This document shows, one piece after another, positions 24,989-34,231 of a stretch of DNA of 37,548 nucleotides (the first letter of the stretch is position 1; the number at the start of each line of letters is the position of its first letter). Origin of the DNA: a virus (lineage: Duplodnaviria; Heunggongvirae; Uroviricota; Caudoviricetes). The notes under the pieces are model-generated. The model ran no database searches. It saw only the letters and a list, made by a program, of their open reading frames with translations, and was not told the DNA's origin. Both the position numbers and the translations under genes were made by a program. The stretch is taken from the IMG/VR virus record IMGVR_UViG_2636416131_000002; one strand, given 5' to 3'.

Positions 24989-26947
24989 ATGCAGGCAGGT
25001 CACCAGAGTGACGCGGATATTTATATTTATGACGAGATTGGTTTCTGGGGTGTTACAGCGAAGCAGTTTATCAGTGATCTGAATGCACTGGGCGATATCA
25101 CCCACATTAATCTCCATATTAATTCACCGGGTGGCGATGTCTTTGAAGGCATCGCCATTTTTAATGCACTGAAAACACATGGTGCGTCCATTACCGTTTA
25201 TGTCGACGGTGTGGCGGCGTCAATGGCGTCGGTCATTGCGATGGTGGGAAACCCGGTCATTATGCCGGAAAACTCCTTCATGATGATTCATAAACCATTT
25301 GGCTTTACGGGCGGTGATGCGGAGGACATGCGCACCTATGCCGACCTGCTCGATAAAGTTGAGGCGGTTCTGTTACCCGCTTATGCACAGAAAACCGGGA
25401 AAACCACCGATGAAATTGCTGCCATGCTGGCGGATGAGACCTGGATGTCCGGTGCCGAATGTCTGGCACAGGGATTTGCTGATCAGGTGACACCAGCCGT
25501 TAAGGCAATGGCATGTATTCAGTCAAAACGTACAGAGGAATTTAAAAAGATGCCGGAATCCATTCGAAACATGATTACTCCGCCACGCAACAGTGCTCCA
25601 CGCGTACAGGATGATGAACCTGCAGCCTCCCGGACGCCAGTGCAGGCAGCAGCACCCGTGGTGGATGAAAACAGTATCCGTGCGCAGGTACTGGCAGAGC
25701 AAAAAGCGCGTGTAAACGGTATTAATGATCTGTTTGCCATGTTTGGCGGGCGTTATCAGACGCTGCAGGCCCAGTGTCTTGCCGATCCTGAATGTTCGCT
25801 GGAGCAGGCCCGTGAAAAGCTGTTGAACGAGATGGGGCGCGAGTCCACGCCATCCAATAAAAATACCCCGGCTCATATTTATGCCGGTAACGGTAATTTT
25901 GTGGGGGACGGGATTCGCCAGGCGCTGATGGCGCGTGCCGGATTTGAAAAAACCGAACGTGATAATGTCTACAACGGGATGACCCTGCGTGAATATGCCC
26001 GTATGTCACTAACTGAACGGGGTATTGGGGTTTCCGGTTATAACCCGATGCAGATGGTCGGTGCGGCGTTCACACACAGTACGTCTGACTTCGGTAATAT
26101 TCTGCTGGATGTTGCGAACAAAGCCATTCTGCAGGGCTGGGAAGATGCCCCTGAAACCTATGAACAGTGGACGCGGAAAGGTCAGTTGTCTGATTTTAAA
26201 ATTGCCCATCGTGTGGGTATGGGGGGCTTCAGTGCTCTGCGTCAGGTGCGTGAAGGGGCGGAATATAAATACGTCACCACCGGAGATAAACAGGCCACTA
26301 TTGCACTGGCGACCTATGGCGAGCTGTTCAGTATCACCCGTCAGGCCATTATCAATGATGATCTGAATATGCTGACCGATGTCCCGATGAAACTGGGCCG
26401 TGCGGCGAAATCCACTATTGCCGATCTGGTTTATGCCATTCTGACGTCTAACCCGAAAATCTCCACAGATAATGTAAGTCTGTTCGATAAAGCGAAACAT
26501 GCAAACGTACTGGAGAGCGCTGCAATGGACGTGGCATCGCTGGATAAAGCCCGCCAGTTGATGCGCGTTCAGAAAGAGGGGGAGCGTCATCTGAATATTC
26601 GTCCTGCGTTCGTACTGGTACCGACGGCGATGGAGTCTGTTGCTAACCAGGTCATTCGCTCCTCAAGTGTCAAGGGGGCTGACATTAACGCCGGTATTAT
26701 TAACCCGGTGAAAGATTTTGCGACCGTTATTGCAGAGCCTCGTCTTGATGATAACAGCCAGACCACCTTCTACCTGGCTGCGTCAAAAGGCTCCGATACG
26801 ATTGAAGTGGCTTATCTCAACGGTGTGGATACGCCATATATTGATCAGATGGAGGGCTTCAGTGTGGATGGCGTGACAACGAAAGTGCGTATTGACGCCG
26901 GTGTCGCGCCAGTTGATCACCGCGGTCTGGTGAAATGTACGGCGTAA
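24989..26947 (+). CDS. Fused prohead protease (ClpP / S49-like) and major capsid protein, about 652 aa
   Basis: N-terminal ~200 aa look like a ClpP-family serine protease (INSPGGDVFEGIAIFNALKTHGASITVYVDGVAASMASVIAMVG). C-terminal ~300 aa look like a major capsid protein. One continuous frame with no stop. ORF track starts at 24728 inside the portal gene; 24989 is the first ATG after the portal stop. Confidence 0.75.
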   Translation: MQAGHQSDADIYIYDEIGFWGVTAKQFISDLNALGDITHINLHINSPGGDVFEGIAIFNALKTHGASITVYVDGVAASMASVIAMVGNPVIMPENSFMMIHKPFGFTGGDAEDMRTYADLLDKVEAVLLPAYAQKTGKTTDEIAAMLADETWMSGAECLAQGFADQVTPAVKAMACIQSKRTEEFKKMPESIRNMITPPRNSAPRVQDDEPAASRTPVQAAAPVVDENSIRAQVLAEQKARVNGINDLFAMFGGRYQTLQAQCLADPECSLEQAREKLLNEMGRESTPSNKNTPAHIYAGNGNFVGDGIRQALMARAGFEKTERDNVYNGMTLREYARMSLTERGIGVSGYNPMQMVGAAFTHSTSDFGNILLDVANKAILQGWEDAPETYEQWTRKGQLSDFKIAHRVGMGGFSALRQVREGAEYKYVTTGDKQATIALATYGELFSITRQAIINDDLNMLTDVPMKLGRAAKSTIADLVYAILTSNPKISTDNVSLFDKAKHANVLESAAMDVASLDKARQLMRVQKEGERHLNIRPAFVLVPTAMESVANQVIRSSSVKGADINAGIINPVKDFATVIAEPRLDDNSQTTFYLAASKGSDTIEVAYLNGVDTPYIDQMEGFSVDGVTTKVRIDAGVAPVDHRGLVKCTA

Positions 26948-26970
26948 ACGTCGCAGACAACAACTCTGAT

Positions 26971-26990
26971 GGCCCGTAAGGGCTTTTTTT
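26971..26990 (+). terminator. Short hairpin plus T7 run after the capsid gene
   Basis: GGCCC-GTAA-GGGC followed by TTTTTTT, then a second hairpin CAGCCCC-TGAA-CGGGGCTG at 27003-27021. Confidence 0.4.
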
Positions 26991-27033
26991 GTACCTGAAA
27001 TCAGCCCCTGAACGGGGCTGTGCGGAGACAGTT

Positions 27034-27357
27034 ATGGCAAAGAATTTTGTAGAAGAAGGAAAAACGGTGGCGATTGTTGCCAGTGCAGCCATCAGCAGCG
27101 GAGATCTGGTGCAGGTGGGCGATGTTTTTGCGGTGGCGCTGACCGATATTCCACAGGGTGAAACAGGCGACGGCATGACCGAAGGTGTGTTTATGCTGCC
27201 TAAGCTGAAAACGGATGACATGAAAACGGGTAAGAAGGTTTATCTGAAGTCCGGAAAAGTTCAGCTGACTAACAGCGGCTCTGATCCGCTGGTCGGGGTT
27301 GTCTGGGCAGATGCCGGAACCAGTGCAGAAGAAGTGCCGGTAAAACTCAATGTCTGA
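27034..27357 (+). CDS. Small head protein, about 107 aa (possible decoration-like / DUF2190-type)
   Basis: GGAG ribosome-binding site before the ATG at 27034; position directly after the major capsid gene. Family guess from memory only. Confidence 0.45.
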   Translation: MAKNFVEEGKTVAIVASAAISSGDLVQVGDVFAVALTDIPQGETGDGMTEGVFMLPKLKTDDMKTGKKVYLKSGKVQLTNSGSDPLVGVVWADAGTSAEEVPVKLNV

Positions 27358-27625
27358 TCCCTTTTCCCGGCTGGCAGCGCGTATGGATGCTATCACGGTT
27401 AGAAAGATGGGAAAGACAGCCTCGATTAATGATGTCGATATGACTGTGATCCCGGGAGAAACACTGGCAGAGCTGAATGCTCTGTCCGGACCTGCGGTCT
27501 CTCTGGTGGTGTTTTCTTCGGGATACCGCCCACGGCGCGGGGATCGCGTTGTTTATGACGGACAACAATGGACGGTCACACGGCATGAACGTTTTAACGG
27601 TAAGCCAATGATCTTTATTGAGTAA
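27350..27625 (+). CDS. Head-tail connector (lambda FII-like position), 91 aa
   Basis: Small protein between head and tail genes, overlapping the previous ORF; contains an RRGD motif as in lambda FII. Confidence 0.45.
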   Translation: MSDPFSRLAARMDAITVRKMGKTASINDVDMTVIPGETLAELNALSGPAVSLVVFSSGYRPRRGDRVVYDGQQWTVTRHERFNGKPMIFIE

Positions 27626-27636
27626 AGAGGTGTGGG

Positions 27637-28215
27637 ATGAAGGGGCTTGAGAATGCCATCCGTAATCTGAACAGCCTTGATACCCGTATGGTGCCACAGG
27701 CCAGCGCATGGGCGATAAACCGTGTGGCACAGAAAGCGGTCTCGGTCGCCACCCGGCAGGTTGCCGGGAATACCGTTGCGGGAGATAACCAGGTGAAAGG
27801 GATCCCCCTGAAACTGGTACGTCAGCGTGTCCGGGTGTTTAAAGCCAGTCCGTCAGGAAAAATGACGGCCAGGATCCGCGTTAACCGGGGCAATCTGCCC
27901 GCTATTAAGCTGGGGACAGCCCGGGTCAGACTGGCCCGGCGTGGTGGAAAACTGCAGTACCGTGGCAGTGTGCTGAAGGTGGGTAAATATCTTTTCCGGG
28001 ATGCGTTTATTCAGCAACTGGCGAATGGTCGCTGGCATGTGATGCGGCGTATTGATGGCAAAAATCGTTACCCCATTGATGTGGTGAAAGTCCCGCTGTC
28101 CGGACAGCTGACACAGGCATTTGAAGATGCCCGCGACCGCATTATTGCTGCGGAAATGACGAAACAGCTGGGGTATGCACTGAAACAACAACTGAGGTTA
28201 TGGCTGACCCGATGA
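27637..28215 (+). CDS. Z: Tail completion protein Z (lambda gpZ-like), 192 aa
   Basis: Same length as lambda Z; conserved segments (MKGLE…LNSL…; NGRWHVM…GKNRYPIDVVK; LGYAL…QL); AAGAGG ribosome-binding site. Confidence 0.8.
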   Translation: MKGLENAIRNLNSLDTRMVPQASAWAINRVAQKAVSVATRQVAGNTVAGDNQVKGIPLKLVRQRVRVFKASPSGKMTARIRVNRGNLPAIKLGTARVRLARRGGKLQYRGSVLKVGKYLFRDAFIQQLANGRWHVMRRIDGKNRYPIDVVKVPLSGQLTQAFEDARDRIIAAEMTKQLGYALKQQLRLWLTR

Positions 28216-28613
28216 ACCGACATACACAAATCCGCCAGGCCGTACTGGCACGCCTTCGGGAACAGTGTGGAGACAGCGCCACGTTTTTTGACGGGCTTCC
28301 GGCATTTATTGATGCGCAGGAACTGCCTGCCGTGGCGGTGTGGCTGAGTGATGCTCAGTACACCGGAAAAATGACGGATGAAGATGACTGGCAGGCTGTT
28401 CTGCATATTGCTGTCTTCATCCGGGCACAGGCACCGGATTCAGAGCTGGATATGTGGATGGAGAGCACCATTTTCCCGGCCCTGAATGATATACCGGCAC
28501 TTTCCGGACTCATCGACACCCTGATCCCTCTCGGTTTTAACTATCAACGTGATAATGAGATGGCCACCTGGGCGATGGCGGAAATCACGTACCAGATCAC
28601 GTACACGAATTAA
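28212..28613 (+). CDS. U: Tail terminator protein U (lambda gpU-like), about 133 aa
   Basis: ATFFDG…PAVAVWL…YTG…LHI…PDSELD…ME…IPALS pattern matches lambda U as recalled; start overlaps the Z stop (ATGA). Confidence 0.8.
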   Translation: MNRHTQIRQAVLARLREQCGDSATFFDGLPAFIDAQELPAVAVWLSDAQYTGKMTDEDDWQAVLHIAVFIRAQAPDSELDMWMESTIFPALNDIPALSGLIDTLIPLGFNYQRDNEMATWAMAEITYQITYTN

Positions 28614-28624
28614 AGGAGGTGGCA

Positions 28625-29368
28625 ATGACCACACCAAATCCACTGGCAAAAACGAAAGGTGCGGGAACGACGTTCTGGATGTACACCGGCAAGGGCGATG
28701 CGTTTGCGAACCCTTTATCGGACACTGACTGGCTGCGTCTTGCGATGGTGAAGGATCTGCAACCTGGCGAAATGACCGCTGATGCAGAAGATGACACTTA
28801 TCTCGATGATGAAGATGCAGACTGGAAAACGACAACCCAGGGGCAGAAATCCGTCGGTGATACTTCGGCGACGCTGGCCTGGCGTCCGGGTGACAGCGGG
28901 CAGAAAAAACTGGTTCAGTTGTTCGACTCCGGTGAAGTCTGCGCGTTTCGTATCAAATATCCCAACGGCACTGTTGATGTTTTCCGTGGCTGGCTGAGCT
29001 CACTGGGTAAAACCATTGCCTCAAAAGACGTGATGACCCGCACAGTGAAAATCAGCGGTGTGGGGCGTCCGTATCTGGCAGAGGAAGGCACTGAAACAGT
29101 GAGCGTTACCGGGCTGACGGTGGCACCGGCATCTGCCAGTGTAAAAGTGGGAGCAACCACCACGCTGACCTTTACAGTAAAACCTGACGGAGCCAGTGAC
29201 AAAGCGATCAGTGTGCATTCGACAGATCCACAGACTGCCACGGTGACCCTGAACGGGCTTGTGGCCACGGTGAAAGGCGTGAAGCAGGGCAGTGTCAGCA
29301 TTGTGGGCATGACTTCTGACGGCGATTTTGTGGCAGTGGCTGCGGTGGCTGTCAGCGCCGCAGGTTAA
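28625..29368 (+). CDS. V: Major tail protein V (lambda gpV-like) with C-terminal Ig-like domain, 247 aa
   Basis: AAGGAGG 5 nt before the ATG; KGAGTT…W…Y, YLDDEDADW, FPNGTVDVFRGW motifs; C-terminal Big_2-like region. Confidence 0.9.
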   Translation: MTTPNPLAKTKGAGTTFWMYTGKGDAFANPLSDTDWLRLAMVKDLQPGEMTADAEDDTYLDDEDADWKTTTQGQKSVGDTSATLAWRPGDSGQKKLVQLFDSGEVCAFRIKYPNGTVDVFRGWLSSLGKTIASKDVMTRTVKISGVGRPYLAEEGTETVSVTGLTVAPASASVKVGATTTLTFTVKPDGASDKAISVHSTDPQTATVTLNGLVATVKGVKQGSVSIVGMTSDGDFVAVAAVAVSAAG

Positions 29369-29388
29369 CAGGACGATACTCATCATTT

Positions 29389-29412
29389 GCCCCGGTTATC
29401 CGGGGCTTTTTT
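29389..29412 (+). terminator. Strong hairpin plus T6 run after the major tail gene
   Basis: GCCCCGG-TTAT-CCGGGGC followed by TTTTTT, 21 nt after the V stop. Confidence 0.7.
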
Positions 29413-29425
29413 GCAGGTGGAGAAC

Positions 29426-29815
29426 ATGATGTTTCTGAAACAGGGCACGTTTAATTATGAAAAGCAGTCCGTGGTGCTCAGTGAGCTGTCCGGGCTGCAG
29501 AGAATTGAATATCTGGCGTTTGTTCAGCAGCGAACGGCAAAGTTTGATGCCGAAGAGGGAGAACTGCCGGAGGCTGAACGACAGATTGCTTTTCTGCGGA
29601 TGGGGATGGATATCAATGCCTGGCTGGTTTCCCGCTCACTGTGGAATGCGGAACAGTCTCAGGATGTTGAGACGCTTTGCGCATCCGTTATTACAACATG
29701 GTCGTATGATGCCCTGGGAGCGGGGGCGGAGATGGTTCTGTCGCTGAGCGGTATGGGAGTCATTGAGAATGCCGGGGATTTGGAGCATGAGGTGCTGACG
29801 CCGGAAAAGTCCTGA
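29426..29815 (+). CDS. G: Tail assembly chaperone G (lambda gpG-like)
   Basis: Follows V; LSELS.LQRIEYLAF motif. Two adjacent ATGs (29426, 29429) after a GGTGGAG ribosome-binding site. Confidence 0.8.
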   Translation: MMFLKQGTFNYEKQSVVLSELSGLQRIEYLAFVQQRTAKFDAEEGELPEAERQIAFLRMGMDINAWLVSRSLWNAEQSQDVETLCASVITTWSYDALGAGAEMVLSLSGMGVIENAGDLEHEVLTPEKS

Positions 29816-30153
29816 CGCGGGAAATGCAGTTTGTCATGCGGCTTGCCCGGGAGTTCCGGCGGGCAGACTGGCGGCGGATGCTGTCGGAAATGTCGGCCAC
29901 TGAGCTTGGTGAGTGGGGCGATTATTTCCGGATGCAGAGCTTCAGTGATGTGTGGATGGATGCGCAGTTTGCCTCGCTGAAGGCATTGATCGTGAGAATG
30001 GTGTCCGGTAGCAGTGATGCTGCGGTGGCTGATTTCAGCCTTTTACCGGAAGAGAACGGGATACCGGAGCGAACGGACGAAGAACTGATGCATCTTGGGG
30101 AAGGTATTTCCGGAGGTGTGCGTTATGGACCAGATAGCCAACCTGGTCATTGA
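29426..30153 (+). CDS. Predicted G-T fusion product via programmed -1 ribosomal frameshift near the end of G
   Basis: The downstream frame (stop at 30153) is open back to 29800 in the -1 frame relative to G and overlaps the last G codons (CCGGAAAAG). This is the conserved G/GT arrangement of lambda-like tail chaperones. Confidence 0.55.
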
Positions 30154-33100
30154 TTTGGGGATTGATGCGGCAGAGTTTAAAAATGAAATTCCCCGTATCA
30201 AAAACCTTCTGAATGGTGCAGCCAGCGATGCAGAACGGTCTTCTGCCCGTATGCAGCGTTTTATGGAGCGTCAGACTCAGGCCGCCCGGCAGACAATGCA
30301 GGCGGTTTCTTCGGCTGCAACAGCCGCATCCGTCCATGCGCAGACGGTGGAGAAGAGCGCACAGGCTCATGAACGCATGGCCCGCGAGGTGGAGCAAACC
30401 CGCCAGCGTATGGAGGCACTGAGCCAGAAAATGCGCGAGGAACAGGCGCAGGCCATGGCTCTGGCGGAGGCTCAGGATAAAGCGGCTGCCGCGTTTTATC
30501 GTCAGATTGACAGTGTGAAACAGGCCAGTGCGGGGCTGCAGGAATTACAGCGTATTCAGCAGCAGATCCGACAGGCCAGAAACAGTGGCGGGATTGGTCA
30601 GCAGGATTATCTGGCGCTGATTTCTGAGGTTACGGCGAAAACCCGTGTTCTTACGCAGGCTGAGGAAGAGGCTACCCGACAGAAAGTGGCGTTTATCCGT
30701 CAGCTTAAAGAGCAGGCAACCCGCCAGAATCTTTCTTCTTCTGAGTTGCTTCGTGCTAAGGCTGCCCAGCTGGGGGTAAGCAGTGCTGCAGAAGTGTATA
30801 TCCGCAAAATGGAGCAGGCAGGAAAAGCCACGCATTCGCTGGGTCTGAAAAGTGCAGCGGCCCGCCAGGAGATAGGCGTTCTGATAGGTGAACTGGCCCG
30901 CGGCAATTTAGGGGCGCTGAGGGGATCCGGGATAACGCTGGCTAACCGTGCCGGATGGATAGACACTCTGATGTCACCGAAAGGCATGATGCTTGGCGGG
31001 GTTATTGGCGGTATTGCCGCGTCCGTCTATGGTCTGGGTAAAGCCTGGTATGACGGTCAGAAGGAGGGGGAAGAATTTAACCGCCAGTTGTCGCTGACGG
31101 GGCATTATGCCGGAGTCACTGCCGGGCAGCTGTGGACGCTCAGTCGTGCTATTTCCGGGAATGGTATCACGCAACATGCTGCAGCCGGTGCGCTGGCTCA
31201 GGTGGTGGGGAGTGGTGCATTTCGTGGAAACGATATCGGTATGGTGGCGAGAGCTGCCGCACAGATGGAGCGATCGGTTGGCCAGTCGGTCAGCGATACC
31301 ATAAATCAGTTTAAGCGGCTGAAGGATGATCCTGTAAATGCCGCGAAGGCTCTGGACAATGAGCTGCATTTTCTTACTGCCACTCAGCTTGAGCAGATAC
31401 GTGTCCTTGGGGATCAGGGACGGTCCAGTGATGCTGCACGGATAGCCATGTCTGCACTGGCAGAGGAAACCGGTCGGCGTACTGCGGATATTGATAATAA
31501 CCTCAATGCGCTTGGCAGTACGCTGAAGTATCTGTCTGATTTGTGGAGTCGTTTCTGGGATGCGGCCATGAATATTGGTCGTGAAGACTCGCTGGATGAA
31601 CAGATTGCCGCTTTACAGGAGAAAGTGTCGCGGGCGAAAAGACTCCCCTGGACGGCATCATCTTCTCAGGTTGAATACGATCAGCAGCGTCTTAACGATC
31701 TTCAGGAGAAAAAACGCCAGAAGGATTTGCAGGATGCAAAAGAGCAGGCAGAGCGGAATTATCAGGAGCAACAGAAACGACGTAATGCTGAAAATGCTGC
31801 ACTGAACCGGATGAATGAAACGGAAGCAGCACGACATCAGCGTGAAATTGCGCGTATTAATTCCATGCAGTACGCCGATCAGGCTGTCAGGGATGCAGCG
31901 ATACAACGTGAAAATGAACGTTACGAGAAAGCCCTGGCATCCGGTAAGAAAAAAACACGCGAAACCCGTAATGATGAGGCCACCCGGTTATTGCTGCAGT
32001 ACAGTCAGCAACAGGCACAGGTGGAAGGACAGATTGCTGCTGCAAGACAGTCAGCAGGCATTGCCACTGAAAAGATGACAGAAGCGCATAAACAGCTTCT
32101 GGCTCTGCAGCAGCGCATCAGCGATCTGGACGGGAAAAAACTGACGGCAGATGAAAAGAGTGTGCTGGCCCGTAAAGATGAACTGATTCAGGCACTGACG
32201 CTGCTGGATGTAAAACAGCAGGAGCTTCGGAAACAGACGGCACTCAACGATCTGAAGAAAAAAACAATTCAGCTGACCAGTCAACTGGCTGAAGAAGAGC
32301 GCGCTCAGCGTCAGCAACATGACCTGGATATCGCCACGGTGGGTATGGGTGATCAGCAGCGGCAGCGATATCAGGTACAACTGAGTCTTCGCCAGAAATA
32401 CCAGCAACAGCTGGAGCAGTTGAGGCGGGATAGTGAGCAGAAAGGGACATATAACACGGATGACTACAGAAAGGCCGAGCAGGCGCTGACGGAGAGCCTG
32501 AACCGACAACTGAATGAGAATCGCCGTTACTGGCAACAGCTTGAAGTTGTGCAGGGTAACTGGAAAAACGGAGTCCTGCGTGCATTTCAGGATTTTACCG
32601 TGGATGCAGATAATACGGCAGGAACAGCAGAACAGGTGTTCTCGTCAGCCTTCAGCAACATGGGAAATGGCCTGGCAACTTTTGTCACTACCGGCAAACT
32701 CAATTTCAAATCCTTCACCTCTTCTGTGCTGTCAGATATGGCGAAAATCCTGGCGCAGGCAACCATGATGAAATCGATAAAAGGGATTGGCAGTGTACTG
32801 GGATTTGATCTCAGCAGCCTTTCCCTGAATGCCAATGGGGGGATTTATCAGTCTGCTGATTTGAGTCGTTACAGTGGCACGGTGGTTAACCGTCCGACGT
32901 TTTTTGCTTTTGCAAAAGGCGCGGGTGTGATGGGTGAAGCGGGACCTGAAGCCATTCTGCCTCTGCGTCGTGGTGCTGACGGTAAGCTGGGGGTTGTGGC
33001 GGATATTGGTGGTTCAGGTATGGCGATGTTTGCCCCGCAGTACAACATCGAGATCAATAACGATGGCACGAACGGGCAGATAGGTCCGGCTGCCCTGAAG

Positions 33101-33190
33101 GTGGTTTATGACCTTGGGAAAAAAGCGGCAGCGGACTTTATGCAACAGCAGGCCCGTGATGGTGGTCGGTTAAGTGGAGCATATCGGTAA
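30125..33190 (+). CDS. H: Tail tape-measure protein (lambda gpH family), about 1021 aa
   Basis: Long coiled-coil-rich ORF after G/T. C-terminal segment (…NNDGTNGQIGPAALK.VYD…DGG) matches lambda H as recalled; N-terminal part appears different. GGAGG ribosome-binding site. Confidence 0.9.
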   Translation: MDQIANLVIDLGIDAAEFKNEIPRIKNLLNGAASDAERSSARMQRFMERQTQAARQTMQAVSSAATAASVHAQTVEKSAQAHERMAREVEQTRQRMEALSQKMREEQAQAMALAEAQDKAAAAFYRQIDSVKQASAGLQELQRIQQQIRQARNSGGIGQQDYLALISEVTAKTRVLTQAEEEATRQKVAFIRQLKEQATRQNLSSSELLRAKAAQLGVSSAAEVYIRKMEQAGKATHSLGLKSAAARQEIGVLIGELARGNLGALRGSGITLANRAGWIDTLMSPKGMMLGGVIGGIAASVYGLGKAWYDGQKEGEEFNRQLSLTGHYAGVTAGQLWTLSRAISGNGITQHAAAGALAQVVGSGAFRGNDIGMVARAAAQMERSVGQSVSDTINQFKRLKDDPVNAAKALDNELHFLTATQLEQIRVLGDQGRSSDAARIAMSALAEETGRRTADIDNNLNALGSTLKYLSDLWSRFWDAAMNIGREDSLDEQIAALQEKVSRAKRLPWTASSSQVEYDQQRLNDLQEKKRQKDLQDAKEQAERNYQEQQKRRNAENAALNRMNETEAARHQREIARINSMQYADQAVRDAAIQRENERYEKALASGKKKTRETRNDEATRLLLQYSQQQAQVEGQIAAARQSAGIATEKMTEAHKQLLALQQRISDLDGKKLTADEKSVLARKDELIQALTLLDVKQQELRKQTALNDLKKKTIQLTSQLAEEERAQRQQHDLDIATVGMGDQQRQRYQVQLSLRQKYQQQLEQLRRDSEQKGTYNTDDYRKAEQALTESLNRQLNENRRYWQQLEVVQGNWKNGVLRAFQDFTVDADNTAGTAEQVFSSAFSNMGNGLATFVTTGKLNFKSFTSSVLSDMAKILAQATMMKSIKGIGSVLGFDLSSLSLNANGGIYQSADLSRYSGTVVNRPTFFAFAKGAGVMGEAGPEAILPLRRGADGKLGVVADIGGSGMAMFAPQYNIEINNDGTNGQIGPAALKVVYDLGKKAAADFMQQQARDGGRLSGAYR

Positions 33191-33519
33191 TGGAGACGTT
33201 TCACTGGAAAGTGCGCCCGGATATGAATGTGGTATCAGAGCCGAAAGTGGTGACAGTGAAGCTGGGCGATGGTTATGAACAGCGTCGTGCGGCGGGACTG
33301 AATAACCAGTTGTCGACTTACAGCGTGACGATACGTGTTCGTAAATGTGAACACCCATCTTTAAAAGCCTTTCTGGAACGGCACGGTGGCGTCCGCGCAT
33401 TTCAGTGGACGCCACCTTATGACTGGAAGCCGATCAGGGTGGTTTGTCGTAAATGGTCGGCAAGCGTAGGGGCGCTGTGGGTAACCATAACGGCAGATTT
33501 TGAACAGGTCGTGGCATAG
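33190..33519 (+). CDS. M: Minor tail protein M (lambda gpM-like), 109 aa
   Basis: Same length as lambda M; start overlaps the H stop (TAATG). Confidence 0.85.
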   Translation: METFHWKVRPDMNVVSEPKVVTVKLGDGYEQRRAAGLNNQLSTYSVTIRVRKCEHPSLKAFLERHGGVRAFQWTPPYDWKPIRVVCRKWSASVGALWVTITADFEQVVA

Positions 33520-33528
33520 GAGGCTCTG

Positions 33529-34227
33529 ATGCAGGATATTCCACAGGAAACACATCATGAGACGACACGCCTCACTCAGTCAGCCCAGGTGGTGCTCTGG
33601 GAAATCGATCTGACAGAGGTCGGTGGTGAACGTTATTTTTTCTGTAATGAGCAGAACGAAAAAGGTGAGCCGGTCACCTGGCAGGGGTGGCAGTATCAGC
33701 CGTATCCCATTCAGGGGACGGGATTTGAACTGAACGGTAAGGGCAGTGCTGCCCGTCCGACACTGACGGTCTCTAACCTGCACGGCATGGTCACCGGGAT
33801 GGCGGAAGACCTGCAGAGTCTGGTCGGCGGAACGGTGGTCAGGCGTAAGGTTTACGCCCGTTTTCTGGATGCGGTGAACTTCGTCAACGGAAACAGCGAA
33901 GCCGATCCGGAGCAGGAGGTGATCAGCCGCTGGCGCATCGAGCAGTGCAGCGAACTGAGCGCGGTCAGTGTCTCTTTTGTACTGTCCACACCGACTGAAA
34001 CGGATGGCTCTGTTTTTCCGGGGCGTATCATGCTGGCCAACACCTGCACCTGGACCTATCGCGGCGATGAGTGCGGTTATAGCGGTCCGGCGGTCGCGGA
34101 TGAATATGACCAGCCGACGTCCGATATCACGAAGGATAAATGCAGCAAATGCCTGAGCGGCTGTAAGTTTCGCAATAACGTCGGCAACTTTGGCGGCTTC
34201 CTTTCCATTAACAAACTTTCGCAGTAA
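33529..34227 (+). CDS. L: Minor tail protein L (lambda gpL-like), 232 aa, with C-terminal cysteine cluster
   Basis: Same length as lambda L; AGGAGG ribosome-binding site; C-terminal cysteines (CTWTYRGDECGY…CSKCLSGC). Confidence 0.9.
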   Translation: MQDIPQETHHETTRLTQSAQVVLWEIDLTEVGGERYFFCNEQNEKGEPVTWQGWQYQPYPIQGTGFELNGKGSAARPTLTVSNLHGMVTGMAEDLQSLVGGTVVRRKVYARFLDAVNFVNGNSEADPEQEVISRWRIEQCSELSAVSVSFVLSTPTETDGSVFPGRIMLANTCTWTYRGDECGYSGPAVADEYDQPTSDITKDKCSKCLSGCKFRNNVGNFGGFLSINKLSQ

Positions 34228-34231
34228 TCCC

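Noticed and set aside
25299-26590. ORFs on both strands inside the protease-capsid gene (for example 26009..26590 minus, 193 aa)
   Set aside because: GC-rich antisense or off-frame reads of a clearly coding region.
30035-33069. Alternative-frame and antisense ORFs within the tape-measure gene (for example 32051..32536, 30974..31369)
   Set aside because: The tape-measure frame is continuous for more than 1000 codons with a lambda-like C-terminus; the others are by-products.
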